Shown one piece after another: positions 47,821 to 57,412 of a stretch of DNA of 64,000 nucleotides. The DNA lies in NCBI GenBank assembly GCA_039588275.1, contig JBDHAC010000001.1:54836-118835 (forward strand), given 5' to 3'. How positions within the stretch are numbered: position 1 is the stretch's first letter; each line of letters begins with the position of its first letter. The translations under genes were made by a program, and so were the position numbers. Under the pieces are notes generated by a model. The model saw only the letters and a list, made by a program, of their open reading frames with translations, did not search any database and had not been told where the DNA came from. This DNA comes from Gemmatimonadota bacterium (lineage in GTDB: Bacteria > Gemmatimonadota > Gemmatimonadetes > Palauibacterales > Palauibacteraceae).

Positions 47821-47923
47821 ACCGACCCGATTCGACACAGTCCGTTTCAGCCCCCGGTAGGCTCGGGCCCGGTGCCTTGCGGGTCCGATACCGAGCTCAC
47901 GGGGCAATGCGTAGGAGCCATCC

Positions 47924-48442
47924 ATGAGGCGGCGACGCTGGTTTGAACGCACGTTCGATCTCGGCCATCGAGCCGACGCGTTTCCCGACATTCTGGAGCG
48001 CTTGCGAGGCACGCCCGCGCGCCTCGAGGACCAATTGCGCGGTCAGATACCCGACGTCCTGGTGCAGCGATCCGACGACCGCTGGACGATCCAGCAGAAC
48101 GTAGGTCACTTGGGCGATCTGGAGCCCCTGTGGGCCGGTCGACTCGACGACCTGCTCAGTCGTGAGAATTCCCTTCGCCCGGCCGATCTTGCGAACCGGA
48201 CAACCGAAGAGGCGCTCCACAACGACGCCGCCATCGCGGACTTGCTGGGTGCGTTCCGGACCGCGCGAAACGAGCTCGTCGGGCGCCTGGAGGCGCTGAA
48301 CGATGAGCAGTTGAGCCTGTCCGCGTTCCACCCCCGCCTCGAGCTCCGGATGAACGCGGTGGATCTGTTCTTCTTCGTCGCGGAGCACGACGATCACCAC
48401 CTGGCTCGAATCTCCGAGATCCTGCGGGAGATCGGGGGGTGA
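47924..48442 (+). CDS. DinB family protein
   Basis: WTIQQNVGHL, HPRL, AEHDDHHL; AGGAG RBS. Confidence 0.88.
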   Translation: MRRRRWFERTFDLGHRADAFPDILERLRGTPARLEDQLRGQIPDVLVQRSDDRWTIQQNVGHLGDLEPLWAGRLDDLLSRENSLRPADLANRTTEEALHNDAAIADLLGAFRTARNELVGRLEALNDEQLSLSAFHPRLELRMNAVDLFFFVAEHDDHHLARISEILREIGG

Positions 48443-48456
48443 GAGGGTCGTTAAGG

Positions 48457-49368
48457 ATGCGACGCGACGTTCGGGGCCGCAGCGCACGGCGTTGCCGCAT
48501 GAACGCCAGGGCGGCGGCTGTGATCGCGGTCGGGACCGCCGCCACGACCGGAGCCTCGGGGCCGCTCGGCGCGCAGGGATACCTGGATCGGGAGATCCTC
48601 CCGGCGGAATGCCGATCCGAGGACACGCGCGTGCGGGTTCTGCTGCTGGGCAGCTACCACATGTCGAACCCGGGAGCCGATCAGTTCAACCTCGAAGCCG
48701 ACGACGTTCTCGCCCCGAAGCGGCAAGCCGAGATCGTGGCACTGGTCGACCGGCTCGTCGAGTTCGGGGCGACCAAGGTTGCCGTCGAAGCGCCGTGGGA
48801 GGACAGCGCCACGTTCGCCCGCTGGGAGGGCTACGTGTCCGGCGACCGCGAGCTTCGCCGGAGCGAGGAGGAGCAGATCGGCTTTCGTCTCGCCCATAAG
48901 ATGGGCCACGAGGCGATCTACGCGGTGGATGTCCCCTCGATGCTCGACTTCGAGAGCGTCCAGCGGGTCGCCATGGCCAACCCGCGCGTCGCGACCCGGC
49001 TCGGAGGGATGCAGCAGGTGGGCGAGGAAGCGATCTCCACCATGGCGCGGTGGCTCGCCGAGGGGACGGTCGGGCAGACGCTGGCCAAGATGAACGCGCC
49101 GGACATGATCACGAAGGCGCATGTGCCCTACATCGAGTTCTTCACACCCGTCGTGGACGCACACGACTACGCCGGGGCGGACATGGTAGCGGGCTGGTAC
49201 CAGCGCAACCTGCGCATCTTCGCGAACCTGACACGGATCGTGGACGCGGAAGACGACCGGGTCTTCGTGGTCTTCGGCCAGGGGCACATTCCGATCCTGC
49301 GCGATCTCGCCATCGACTATCCCGATTTCTGCCTCGAGGATCCGCTTCCGTACCTGGAGGGGACGTGA
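48457..49368 (+). CDS. DUF5694-like secreted protein (TraB/Tiki-like metal motifs)
   Basis: LLGSYHMSNP, VAVE, EEEQIGFRLA, WYQRNLRIFAN, FGQGH; start uncertain. Confidence 0.75.
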   Translation: MRRDVRGRSARRCRMNARAAAVIAVGTAATTGASGPLGAQGYLDREILPAECRSEDTRVRVLLLGSYHMSNPGADQFNLEADDVLAPKRQAEIVALVDRLVEFGATKVAVEAPWEDSATFARWEGYVSGDRELRRSEEEQIGFRLAHKMGHEAIYAVDVPSMLDFESVQRVAMANPRVATRLGGMQQVGEEAISTMARWLAEGTVGQTLAKMNAPDMITKAHVPYIEFFTPVVDAHDYAGADMVAGWYQRNLRIFANLTRIVDAEDDRVFVVFGQGHIPILRDLAIDYPDFCLEDPLPYLEGT

Positions 49369-50270
49369 CCGACGGCCACGGCGAGCGCATGATGCACCAT
49401 TCTCCGCCAGACGGTCCGTATCGCGTCCCGTTCGATGGCGGCTTCTCCATCGCGGACGCCGGAACCGCACCGCCCCCGGAATCCCCGCCGCGAAAGCAAG
49501 CCAAAAGGCGTCTCAAAGAGGTGGTCGGGGAGCTTGCCGAGCTGCAGGAAGTGCTCTACGCGGACGACCGCTACGCGATCCTGTGCATATTTCAGGCGAT
49601 GGATGCGGCCGGGAAGGACTCGACGATTCGCGCCGTGATGACCGGGATCAATCCGGCCGGCTTCCAGGTCTTCTCGTTCAAGGCCCCGTCCAAGGAAGAG
49701 CTGGATCACGACTTCCTGTGGCGAACGACCGTCCGGCTCCCGGAGCGCGGCCGGATCGGAGTGTTCAACCGGAGCTACTACGAGGAGGTGCTCGTCGTGC
49801 GCGTGCACACGGACTTCCTGGACGCCCAGGAGCTCCCGCACAGACCGGTCGAGGAGGAGCTCTGGAAGGAACGGTACGCCTCCATCCGCGATCACGAGCT
49901 GCACCTGGCCCGCTCCGGGACGGTGATCTTGAAGTTCTGGCTGAACGTGTCCCGGGAGGAGCAGGCGCGGCGTTTTCTCAGGCGCATCGAGCGACCGGAA
50001 AAGAACTGGAAGTTCTCGAGTCGTGACATCCTCGAGCGGCGGCACTGGGACACGTACATGGAAGCGTATCAGGAGGCCATCGACGCGACGTCGCGACCCT
50101 GGGCGCCCTGGTACGCGATCCCCGCCGACGATAAGCCGTTCATGCGACTTACGGTCGCCGAAACGCTCCGCGACCAGCTCCGCGCCCTACCGCTCCGCTT
50201 TCCGGAGCTTCCCGAGGACGAGCGCACGAAGTTCGGTGAGATGCGGCCGGAGTTGGAGAGCGAGGCCTAG
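49365..50270 (+). CDS. ppk2: Polyphosphate kinase 2 family (class III-like)
   Basis: QAMDAAGKD, FKAPS.EELDHDFLWR, FNRSYYEEVL, KNWKFS, PWYAIPADDK. Confidence 0.93.
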   Translation: MTDGHGERMMHHSPPDGPYRVPFDGGFSIADAGTAPPPESPPRKQAKRRLKEVVGELAELQEVLYADDRYAILCIFQAMDAAGKDSTIRAVMTGINPAGFQVFSFKAPSKEELDHDFLWRTTVRLPERGRIGVFNRSYYEEVLVVRVHTDFLDAQELPHRPVEEELWKERYASIRDHELHLARSGTVILKFWLNVSREEQARRFLRRIERPEKNWKFSSRDILERRHWDTYMEAYQEAIDATSRPWAPWYAIPADDKPFMRLTVAETLRDQLRALPLRFPELPEDERTKFGEMRPELESEA

Positions 50271-50309
50271 CCTGCCACGGCCGGCCGTAGCCGGCCGGCC
50301 CCCGACGGC

Positions 50310-51197
50310 CTAGGGCACTCCCGCCGAGGACGCCCCCGCCGACACGATCCGGATCCACACACCTTCTGCCTCGGTGGCCGGTATCAATCGATCGGGAGCG
50401 GGCCCGCGCCCGAGAAGCGTGACTGCGACGATTCGGGAGTACGCCGACTCATCCACTCGGCTCACGAGGATCACCCGTCCGTTCGCGAGCCCGAAGGCCT
50501 CGCCCATGAAGCCCGCGGGATGCCGGAGCGCGCCGCAGCGGCGGGCGCCCATGGCGAGCAGCGCGGTCGGGAGCGAGCTGCCGGCGACGACCTCGATCCA
50601 CACCTCGCGCAGCGCGACCGACTGGTTGCGATGCCGGAAAGTCTCGGGAGGATCCTCGGCCACGGCCCGATAGCGGACGAAGTAAACGTGGCGGAGCTCG
50701 TGGTCGGGCGGGAACGACGCGTACTCGAACGGTCCCCCCGTTTGCAGCTGCGGCCTCAACCCCTGTGCGCCGAGGAGCTCCGCCACGCCCTCGACCGGGC
50801 CCGCCCTGAGGGCCACGAAAGCACCGCCGCCCCCCGCGGCAATGAAATCCTCGTACCACCTGGCGAGCTCGTCTGTCGGGCCGTCCACCGCCAGAAGCTC
50901 GAGCTCGGTTTCGTCCCCGAACTTCGCGTGCGCGTTCTCGATCCCGTTCGAATGGGGGCGCCCGGGCTTCAGGCGAAACCCGTGCTCGCGGAAGGCCTCG
51001 GCGGCCCGCTCGAGATCGGGCACCGCGATCGTCACGTGGTCGAGACGTACGGCGGCGTCGGGCTCGAAACAGGGCGCCGCGTCCGCCTGCGCGATGGCTG
51101 ACTTTGCGCACGTCAGAAAACCCGCGGCGACCAGCGGCACCGCGACTGTCGCCCTCCCGGCCCGCGGCCACAGGCCCGATGGGCGCGGTTCAGTCAC
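50310..51197 (-). CDS. VOC/glyoxalase-like protein with signal peptide
   Basis: LDHVTIAVPDL, GF...PGRPH.NG..N, ELEL; hydrophobic N-terminus ending AIA-Q. Confidence 0.75.
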   Translation of the reverse strand: MTEPRPSGLWPRAGRATVAVPLVAAGFLTCAKSAIAQADAAPCFEPDAAVRLDHVTIAVPDLERAAEAFREHGFRLKPGRPHSNGIENAHAKFGDETELELLAVDGPTDELARWYEDFIAAGGGGAFVALRAGPVEGVAELLGAQGLRPQLQTGGPFEYASFPPDHELRHVYFVRYRAVAEDPPETFRHRNQSVALREVWIEVVAGSSLPTALLAMGARRCGALRHPAGFMGEAFGLANGRVILVSRVDESAYSRIVAVTLLGRGPAPDRLIPATEAEGVWIRIVSAGASSAGVP

Positions 51198-51207
51198 CGG
51201 CCCCCTG

Positions 51208-52323
51208 CTACGTGGTCGGCAGCGAGAACCAGTCCGCCGCATCCGTCTGCACCTGCACATGGACCCCTAGCTCATCGAGGTCGCGAAGGAAGCGCGTGGG
51301 ATCGACAAACCCCGCCTGCGTCCACAGTCCCGGCTTCCTTCTCCCGTCCAGGTACTGAAGGAGGCAGGCGACGACGGCGACCGCGGTGAAGTGGTACGCG
51401 TCGTCATGGCTCAGGTTCATGCGTACATCATGGGCCGCCGTTCGCCCCTCCAGCACGAGCGTGGCGCCCAACCCGGGGCGAGAGAAACGGCGCAGGCCCC
51501 AATGGAAGAAACGACCGACCCGCGCGCTCGCTCGCGGCGCGATCCACAACGCTCCGAAAGACACAGGCATGATGACGTAGTCCACCGCGGGCCCGAAGCC
51601 GGCGACGAAGAATCCAGCGTTCCGCAGGCCGGGGATCTCCGCCGCGGCGTCTCTCACCTCTCTGAGCCCCATGGGGACGCAGCTTCGGAGCCCGAAAGGC
51701 GGACCGAAGTCGAAGCGCCGGGCGCGTCGGACTCCCTTTTTCCATGTTCCCTCGACCAAGACGGAGGTGTCCATCGTCTGCAGCTCCCGAGCGAACTCTG
51801 CCACGGTCTCGGGGGAGAGGCGGAGACCCGCCCAATCGATCCCGAACGCACCCGCGGTCCAGGCCACGCTCAAACCCGGGGACCCCAGCCCGGCAGGCCG
51901 GATCATGACTCCGGGCAGCCCGGGGTGCAGCCCGCCATCGGTGATGAAGCAGCGCCCCGGCGCCAGCCGCGCGGCCCGCTCGAGAGCGCGCCACTTCTCC
52001 GGCGAGGACAGGTTGATATCGAGGTAATCCGCACCGCCATCCGCGCATGCCTGGGCGATGGCGGGCGTGTGGTCGATGGTGCTGGACGCGACGAGAAGGA
52101 GATCCACGCCCTGGAGGACGGAGCGAAGCTCGTCCGGGTCGGAAGCATCGGCCGAGACGCCGGTGACAGGGCAGGTCGCCGTCTCCGCGAGCGCACCCGC
52201 CGCCTGCCGCGCCCTGTCCGCGTCACGACCCACGAGGATCAGCTCGCGGAGGCCCCTATCAGCGAGGAGCTCGGCGATGCGAGCGCCCGCACTGCCGTAT
52301 CCACCCAGAATCGCGATTCGCAT
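51208..52323 (-). CDS. Saccharopine dehydrogenase-family NAD(P)-binding protein
   Basis: ILGGYGSAG, VGRD, ADYLDI, DGGLHPGLP. Confidence 0.85.
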   Translation of the reverse strand: MRIAILGGYGSAGARIAELLADRGLRELILVGRDADRARQAAGALAETATCPVTGVSADASDPDELRSVLQGVDLLLVASSTIDHTPAIAQACADGGADYLDINLSSPEKWRALERAARLAPGRCFITDGGLHPGLPGVMIRPAGLGSPGLSVAWTAGAFGIDWAGLRLSPETVAEFARELQTMDTSVLVEGTWKKGVRRARRFDFGPPFGLRSCVPMGLREVRDAAAEIPGLRNAGFFVAGFGPAVDYVIMPVSFGALWIAPRASARVGRFFHWGLRRFSRPGLGATLVLEGRTAAHDVRMNLSHDDAYHFTAVAVVACLLQYLDGRRKPGLWTQAGFVDPTRFLRDLDELGVHVQVQTDAADWFSLPTT

Positions 52324-52338
52324 CGGGCGGAATCGCGA

Positions 52339-53319
52339 TCAGCGCCCGGCCACCCCTTCCAGCGCGCCCTCGATGAGCCGGTAGGCGGCCTCTCGCGAGA
52401 TCCCGTCTGGATCGTTGTCGCCCGCCGGGGTGGACGCGATCCCGAGCGCGGCGACTTTCTCGTACCGGAACATGTCGGTCAGCGCCGCGGCCAACTCGGT
52501 GCTCGTGGGTCCGTCAGGCACCGTCAACGGGTGCCCCGCCACCTCGCTGGGGTCGAGCACGTCCATGTCGATATGCACGTAAATGATGTCGGTCAGCTCC
52601 GAGAGCCGGCGCATCTGGGCGTGTAGGTTTGCCGATCGCTCCCGGATGTCCGCGGTCGTGACCATCTCGATGTCCGAGGCCTCCACCAGCTCGCGCTCGA
52701 GCGGATCCAGGTCCCGCACTGCGGCCAGAACGATGTGTTCGGCCGGGATCGCGGGGTCCAGCCCTGACTTGAGACGCAGGTTGTGGAGGGCCAACCCGGC
52801 CGACACGGCGACCGGCATCCCGCCCAGCATCCCGCTGAGCGTCGTCTCGGGCGTGTTGAAGTCTCCGTGCGCGTCGACGAACACGAGCCCGACCTTTCGC
52901 GACTCACCCGACGGGTGCGAGCCCTGCAGACCGGCCAGCATGCCCATCAGCGAGCTGCAGTTCGCCAGCAGACCGACCGAGAGGAAGCCCTCCATCTCGT
53001 TGTCGGCGACGATTCCCGCCAGGTGCCCGTTGGCGAGTCCCAACCGGTGCCACTCCCCGTACTGCCTGGCCTCCGCGGGAGTCAGCGCCACGGTCCGGAC
53101 CGGGGAGAGCCTCGCACCGAGTCGGGTCAAACGCTCCTGTATGCCGCCATGCTCCAGGTAGTCGGGGACCTCGGAGAGCTCGGGCACGTTCCGGGCCCCG
53201 CGGTACGGCATCTTCACCAATGCCGCCCGGACCGCCCCGTCCTCACCCTTGTACCGCTGGGCGCCCAATGGGAATGGGATCAGTACGAAGAGCAGAATAC
53301 AGCACAGCGTGAGCTTCAT
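52339..53319 (-). CDS. Arginase/ureohydrolase-family protein with signal peptide, atypical active site
   Basis: DAHGDFNTP and HIDMDVLDP present; LANC replaces GGDH. Confidence 0.87.
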   Translation of the reverse strand: MKLTLCCILLFVLIPFPLGAQRYKGEDGAVRAALVKMPYRGARNVPELSEVPDYLEHGGIQERLTRLGARLSPVRTVALTPAEARQYGEWHRLGLANGHLAGIVADNEMEGFLSVGLLANCSSLMGMLAGLQGSHPSGESRKVGLVFVDAHGDFNTPETTLSGMLGGMPVAVSAGLALHNLRLKSGLDPAIPAEHIVLAAVRDLDPLERELVEASDIEMVTTADIRERSANLHAQMRRLSELTDIIYVHIDMDVLDPSEVAGHPLTVPDGPTSTELAAALTDMFRYEKVAALGIASTPAGDNDPDGISREAAYRLIEGALEGVAGR

Positions 53320-53346
53320 CTCGACCTCCAGTGGTCCGACTCGTGG

Positions 53347-54111
53347 TCAACCCGCGCTCAGGTAGCGCCGGATCGGGCCGCCGAACGCGAACAGGCTGGC
53401 CCACCCCGTGAGCACGCCGGGGAGGAACACGACGATGAACAGGATGGCCTCGCCCGCATACCGGGCCTCCTGCCACACAAAGTACCCGCCGGCGGGGACG
53501 AATAGGACGCAGCACAGGGCGACGGCGAGCAGCCCGGCGGTCCTTCCGTGCGCGAGCGCCAGAACCCCGAGAACGAGCCCGAACAACAGGAACGCGGGGA
53601 TCAGGAAATGCCACGCGATGCGGGCCTCATAGACGGCCACGAACAGGTACAGGCCGAGTATCGACGCGAGGTTGCAGATAATCGTCCAGCGAACGAGCGT
53701 CATCCGCCGTCCGCCCCAATCCGCACCCCGCGCCCGCCCCTCGAAGCGGTCGAACATCCCGCGCCCCACGAGACTGAGGATCAGGAGAACCGACGCCCCG
53801 AGGGCGATGCTCGGGCGCGCCACCGGAACGCCAGGGCCTCCGGCGAGAGCGAGAACAGCTGCCCACGGCAGGACGGCGATGCCCCCGGCCAGCGCCACCC
53901 AGCGGCTCCAGTACGACCCGCGGATCAGACCTACCACTGTGATCAGAAGCGGGGCCAGCAGGACCCACATCGCCACCACGAACCTGTCGTTGTTGACGGG
54001 TTGTCCGCTGGGCCGGGAGGCGATGATGAGCCCGCCGAGCGTAACCAGCGCGGCGACGGCGAGCGCCGTCTTCAGACGGACGGCGATGCCCACCTTGCCT
54101 TCGCTAGCCAT
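53347..54111 (-). CDS. Hypothetical multi-pass membrane protein
   Basis: About 8 hydrophobic helices; overlaps the upstream gene. Confidence 0.75.
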   Translation of the reverse strand: MASEGKVGIAVRLKTALAVAALVTLGGLIIASRPSGQPVNNDRFVVAMWVLLAPLLITVVGLIRGSYWSRWVALAGGIAVLPWAAVLALAGGPGVPVARPSIALGASVLLILSLVGRGMFDRFEGRARGADWGGRRMTLVRWTIICNLASILGLYLFVAVYEARIAWHFLIPAFLLFGLVLGVLALAHGRTAGLLAVALCCVLFVPAGGYFVWQEARYAGEAILFIVVFLPGVLTGWASLFAFGGPIRRYLSAG

Positions 54112-54763
54112 CGGCCGGACGGGGGACCTTCTTCAGGCACCAGGTAGTCATGCACCGAAGGCCCTGGACGTTGGTCGTCTTTACCGGGTCGAGAAGGGTC
54201 GCGCCCAGCCGATCGGTCAGACCGAGGAGGTAATCCTCATCCACCAGGAAGCGATCCGTACCATCCGGGAGGACGTGCCAGCGTCCCTCGATGTGTCGGA
54301 CCCGGTCCTCGATCCCGATTGTAGAGGCGAGCCGCGAGAAGAGGATCCCTCCCGGTCTCAGGACCCGCCACAGCTCGCCGAGCATGGCTTCGAAGTCGGC
54401 CTCGTCCGCGGCGAAGTGCAGCACCGCGCAGCAGATGACGGCGTCGAACGAGTCGCTTCGGAACGAGAGGTCCTGGATTCGCTCCACGCGGAAGTTGTCG
54501 ACGGGCAGCTCGGGGGCGAGGCGCGCGGCTAGCGACCTCACCTCCCGGATATCCACCGGATTCGTGTCGACCCCGAACACCTCGGCCCCGGATCGCATGA
54601 GATAAACGAGGTTCCGGCCGCGCCCGCACGCGGCGTCCAGGACCCGCATCTCGGGAGTGATCCGGCCGCGCAGCAACTGGTCGAAGAGATAGATGTCGAT
54701 CTCCCCCAGGCGCTCGACCAGCGACGCGTCTCCGCCGGGCGGACCTGCCGGGTTGTCGCTCAC
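54104..54763 (-). CDS. Class I SAM-dependent methyltransferase
   Basis: IDIYLFDQLLRG, VLDAACGRGRN, AVLHFA, RVLRPGG. Confidence 0.9.
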   Translation of the reverse strand: MSDNPAGPPGGDASLVERLGEIDIYLFDQLLRGRITPEMRVLDAACGRGRNLVYLMRSGAEVFGVDTNPVDIREVRSLAARLAPELPVDNFRVERIQDLSFRSDSFDAVICCAVLHFAADEADFEAMLGELWRVLRPGGILFSRLASTIGIEDRVRHIEGRWHVLPDGTDRFLVDEDYLLGLTDRLGATLLDPVKTTNVQGLRCMTTWCLKKVPRPADG

Positions 54764-55083
54764 GCGCTCTCCTTCGGGGTCCAGCGGTAGCGTCGCAGCG
54801 AGAGCCTGCCGCGCTCATCCGTCCGGATACCCTCCTTCGCGAGGAGGGCTCGCTGTAGCTCCTCGTAGTACGGATCGGAGCGCGCGCTCACTTCACCGCG
54901 CGAGTTGATCACTCGATGCCAGGGAACGGAGCCGTCGTCGTGCAGAGCGCTGAGGGCGTAGCCGACGAGGCGCGCGTGCCCTCCGAGCCCTGCCAGCCTC
55001 GCCACCTGTCCGTATGTGGCGACGCGTCCCTCGGGGATTCGCCTGACTATTCCGTAGATCCGCTGGTACGACGTGGAGCTCAT
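54760..55083 (-). CDS. Alkyltransferase-like protein (ATL/YbaZ, MGMT family)
   Basis: IPEGRVATYGQVA, ARLVG, PWHRV (Trp in place of the catalytic Cys). Confidence 0.92.
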   Translation of the reverse strand: MSSTSYQRIYGIVRRIPEGRVATYGQVARLAGLGGHARLVGYALSALHDDGSVPWHRVINSRGEVSARSDPYYEELQRALLAKEGIRTDERGRLSLRRYRWTPKESA

Positions 55084-55108
55084 GCCGATCCCGCGGGTCG
55101 CGGCTCCC

Positions 55109-56245
55109 TCAAGCGCGAGCCCGGTCGTGCCAGGCAGCCAGCGCCTCCGCCTCACGCTCGGCGGAGATACCCGCTCTCAGCTCCGCCTGCCGCTCGGGAG
55201 ATCGCGAAAAGTGATAATCGAGCGTCTCACGGGCCGTCACCGCCAGCGGGCGAAACGTGAGACCGTGCGCCACCTCGTTGGACAGATCGAAGCGAGCGAA
55301 ACCCTCACGGCCGTCGCGGGGCGGCATCCAGACCGGCATGTGCGAATACGGTCGAATCCCGATCTCGAACAGGAAATCGGCGGGAACCCAGGTGAAGGTC
55401 GTTTCGGCGGTGGTCACCGCCCTGATCCCGTACAGGAGCTCCGGCATCGGACGCGGAGTCGCCGGTCCGACCCCGTTGAACACTCCCGTGTGCCCGTCTT
55501 CGGCCATGCGGATCATCCACTCACACAAGTCGCGCGCATCGATGATCTGTACCGGGTCCGATGGATCCCCGGGCGCCAGAACCTCCCCTCCGCGGTGGAT
55601 GCGCACCGGCCAATACGTGAATCGGTCCGTCTCATCCCCAGGGCCGATGATCAGGCCCGGACGGAAGATCGTCGCGCGTCCCGGGAACGCCCGCTGCGCT
55701 TCGCGCTCGGACAGCGCCTTGCGCAGGCCGTAAGGGAGTTGCTCGGCGCCGGGCTCCACGCCCGCAGTCTCGTACGTGAACGTGGGAGCGTCCGCGGTCA
55801 TCGGGATTCGACTGGTGTCGGAGTATGCAGACCGCGAAGAGACGTAGAAGTACCGCTCGACCGAGTCCTTCAGGAGCTGTGCCGAGAGCCGTACCCAATC
55901 GTGATTGGAGGCCGAGTTGTCGATCACGACATCCCAGGACCGGCCCTTCAGCGCCTCCAGATCACCGTTCCGATCACCGACCAGCTTCTCGACTTCGGGG
56001 AACAGGTGCGTGTTGGTGCGTCCGCGATTGAACAGCGTGATCGTGTGCCCGCGGTCGAGCGCGTAACGGACCTGGTGCGGCCCGATGAAGCTCGTGCCTC
56101 CCAGAATCAAGATCCGCAACGACCGCTCCTGGGGACGGGCAATCATCGCGGTACCGGGCGAGGCGAGGCCCTCCGGCACGAGTCCGAGGCTCAACGCGCC
56201 ACCGGCGGCGGCCGAGATCCGCAAGAAGTCTCTTCGTCTGGTCAC
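55109..56245 (-). CDS. NAD-dependent epimerase/dehydratase family, Tat-exported
   Basis: TRRRDFL Tat motif; ILGGTSFIG, YGLRK, RPGLIIGP, DRFTYWP. Confidence 0.9.
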   Translation of the reverse strand: MTRRRDFLRISAAAGGALSLGLVPEGLASPGTAMIARPQERSLRILILGGTSFIGPHQVRYALDRGHTITLFNRGRTNTHLFPEVEKLVGDRNGDLEALKGRSWDVVIDNSASNHDWVRLSAQLLKDSVERYFYVSSRSAYSDTSRIPMTADAPTFTYETAGVEPGAEQLPYGLRKALSEREAQRAFPGRATIFRPGLIIGPGDETDRFTYWPVRIHRGGEVLAPGDPSDPVQIIDARDLCEWMIRMAEDGHTGVFNGVGPATPRPMPELLYGIRAVTTAETTFTWVPADFLFEIGIRPYSHMPVWMPPRDGREGFARFDLSNEVAHGLTFRPLAVTARETLDYHFSRSPERQAELRAGISAEREAEALAAWHDRARA

Positions 56246-56334
56246 GGTACCCTCTATGACGTGGTCGGGGGCTTGCCGTGCACGGGTGCCGGCCGGTCGA
56301 CCGCCAGCCAGCCGCTCACCTGCGCCGCCCCGCC

Positions 56335-56763
56335 TTATCCGCTGATGTAGTTCTCGAGTTGTTCGATCACGAACTGCTGCTCGGCGATGATGGACTTTAC
56401 GAGATCACCGATGGAGATCACGCCGTCCACCCGATTTCCGTCGAGGACCGGAAGGTGGCGCACGCGCTTCTGGGTCATGAGCGCCATGCACTCCTCGACG
56501 CTCTGCTCCAGGCGCGCGCAGTAGACCTTGCTGGTCATGATGTCGTGGACCGGCGTCTCCTGGGACGATCGTCCCTTGAGAATCACCTTTCGCGCGTAGT
56601 CTCTCTCCGAGACGATTCCGACGAGCTTCTCGTCGCTCATCACCACCAACGCGCCGACCCTCTTCTCTGCCATCCTCTCGATGGCCTGATACACCGAATC
56701 GTCGGGGTCGATGGCCCAAACCTCGTGTCCCTTGGAATCGAGAAGCTGTCTGATCGTTGCCAT
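56335..56763 (-). CDS. CBS domain protein
   Basis: VGALVV, GIVSERDYARK, RHLPV, ISIGDLVK. Confidence 0.93.
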   Translation of the reverse strand: MATIRQLLDSKGHEVWAIDPDDSVYQAIERMAEKRVGALVVMSDEKLVGIVSERDYARKVILKGRSSQETPVHDIMTSKVYCARLEQSVEECMALMTQKRVRHLPVLDGNRVDGVISIGDLVKSIIAEQQFVIEQLENYISG

Positions 56764-56835
56764 GCGATTACTCCATTTCGGCGGAACGGCTGCGATCGAA
56801 AGGCCCTTCGGAGCCACAGGTGGCGCCGAACCGGT

Positions 56836-57156
56836 TCATGCCCGGAGCATGACCAACATCATCTTGAACTTACGGCTCGCAACGACCGCGTGCGGGCGAT
56901 TACCCGGCATGATGATCATCTCGCCGGACGACACGCGGTGGGAAGTGCCCGAGATGGTAATCCGCGCCTCTCCATCGAAAACATACGCGAGCGCGTCATG
57001 CGGGACGGTGTGCTCGCTCAGGTCCTGTCCCTCGTCGAACGCGAACAGCGTAACGGATCCGGCCGGCCCCTTGATCAGGGTACGGCTCACCACGGCGCCA
57101 TCCTGATATTCCACCAGGTCGGACACAGAGAGAACTTCGCCGAGCGCCTCTATCAC
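56836..57156 (-). CDS. Cupin domain protein
   Basis: TLFAFDEGQDLSEHT, GEMIIMP.NRPHAV; GTGA overlap. Confidence 0.9.
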   Translation of the reverse strand: MIEALGEVLSVSDLVEYQDGAVVSRTLIKGPAGSVTLFAFDEGQDLSEHTVPHDALAYVFDGEARITISGTSHRVSSGEMIIMPGNRPHAVVASRKFKMMLVMLRA

Positions 57157-57377
57157 GAGGAGTCGTCGTCGCGCTTGGATGGCTTCTTCGACAGCAGCCG
57201 GAACACCCCGTACGCGACGACGACGATGACCAGTACCGTCGGGATCCAGCCGAGGAAGTTCAGGATCATGCCTCCGGCGATGACCACGCCGCCGCCCTGG
57301 AGCCAGCCAATGGCTTTCCCTTTTCGCCGCGCCCGGCTGATGTCGCGCTCGGTGTAGATCTTCTCCGGGAGAGTCAC
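57153..57377 (-). CDS. Small hypothetical membrane protein
   Basis: GAGGAG RBS; two hydrophobic segments; part of the operon. Confidence 0.7.
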   Translation of the reverse strand: MTLPEKIYTERDISRARRKGKAIGWLQGGGVVIAGGMILNFLGWIPTVLVIVVVAYGVFRLLSKKPSKRDDDSS

Positions 57378-57412
57378 TCGCTCCTCGCCAGCTTACTCGG
57401 TGTCGGCTGCCC

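Noticed and set aside
54760..55083. Inactivated O6-methylguanine methyltransferase
   Set aside because: PWHRV is the normal signature of the known ATL family, not decay.
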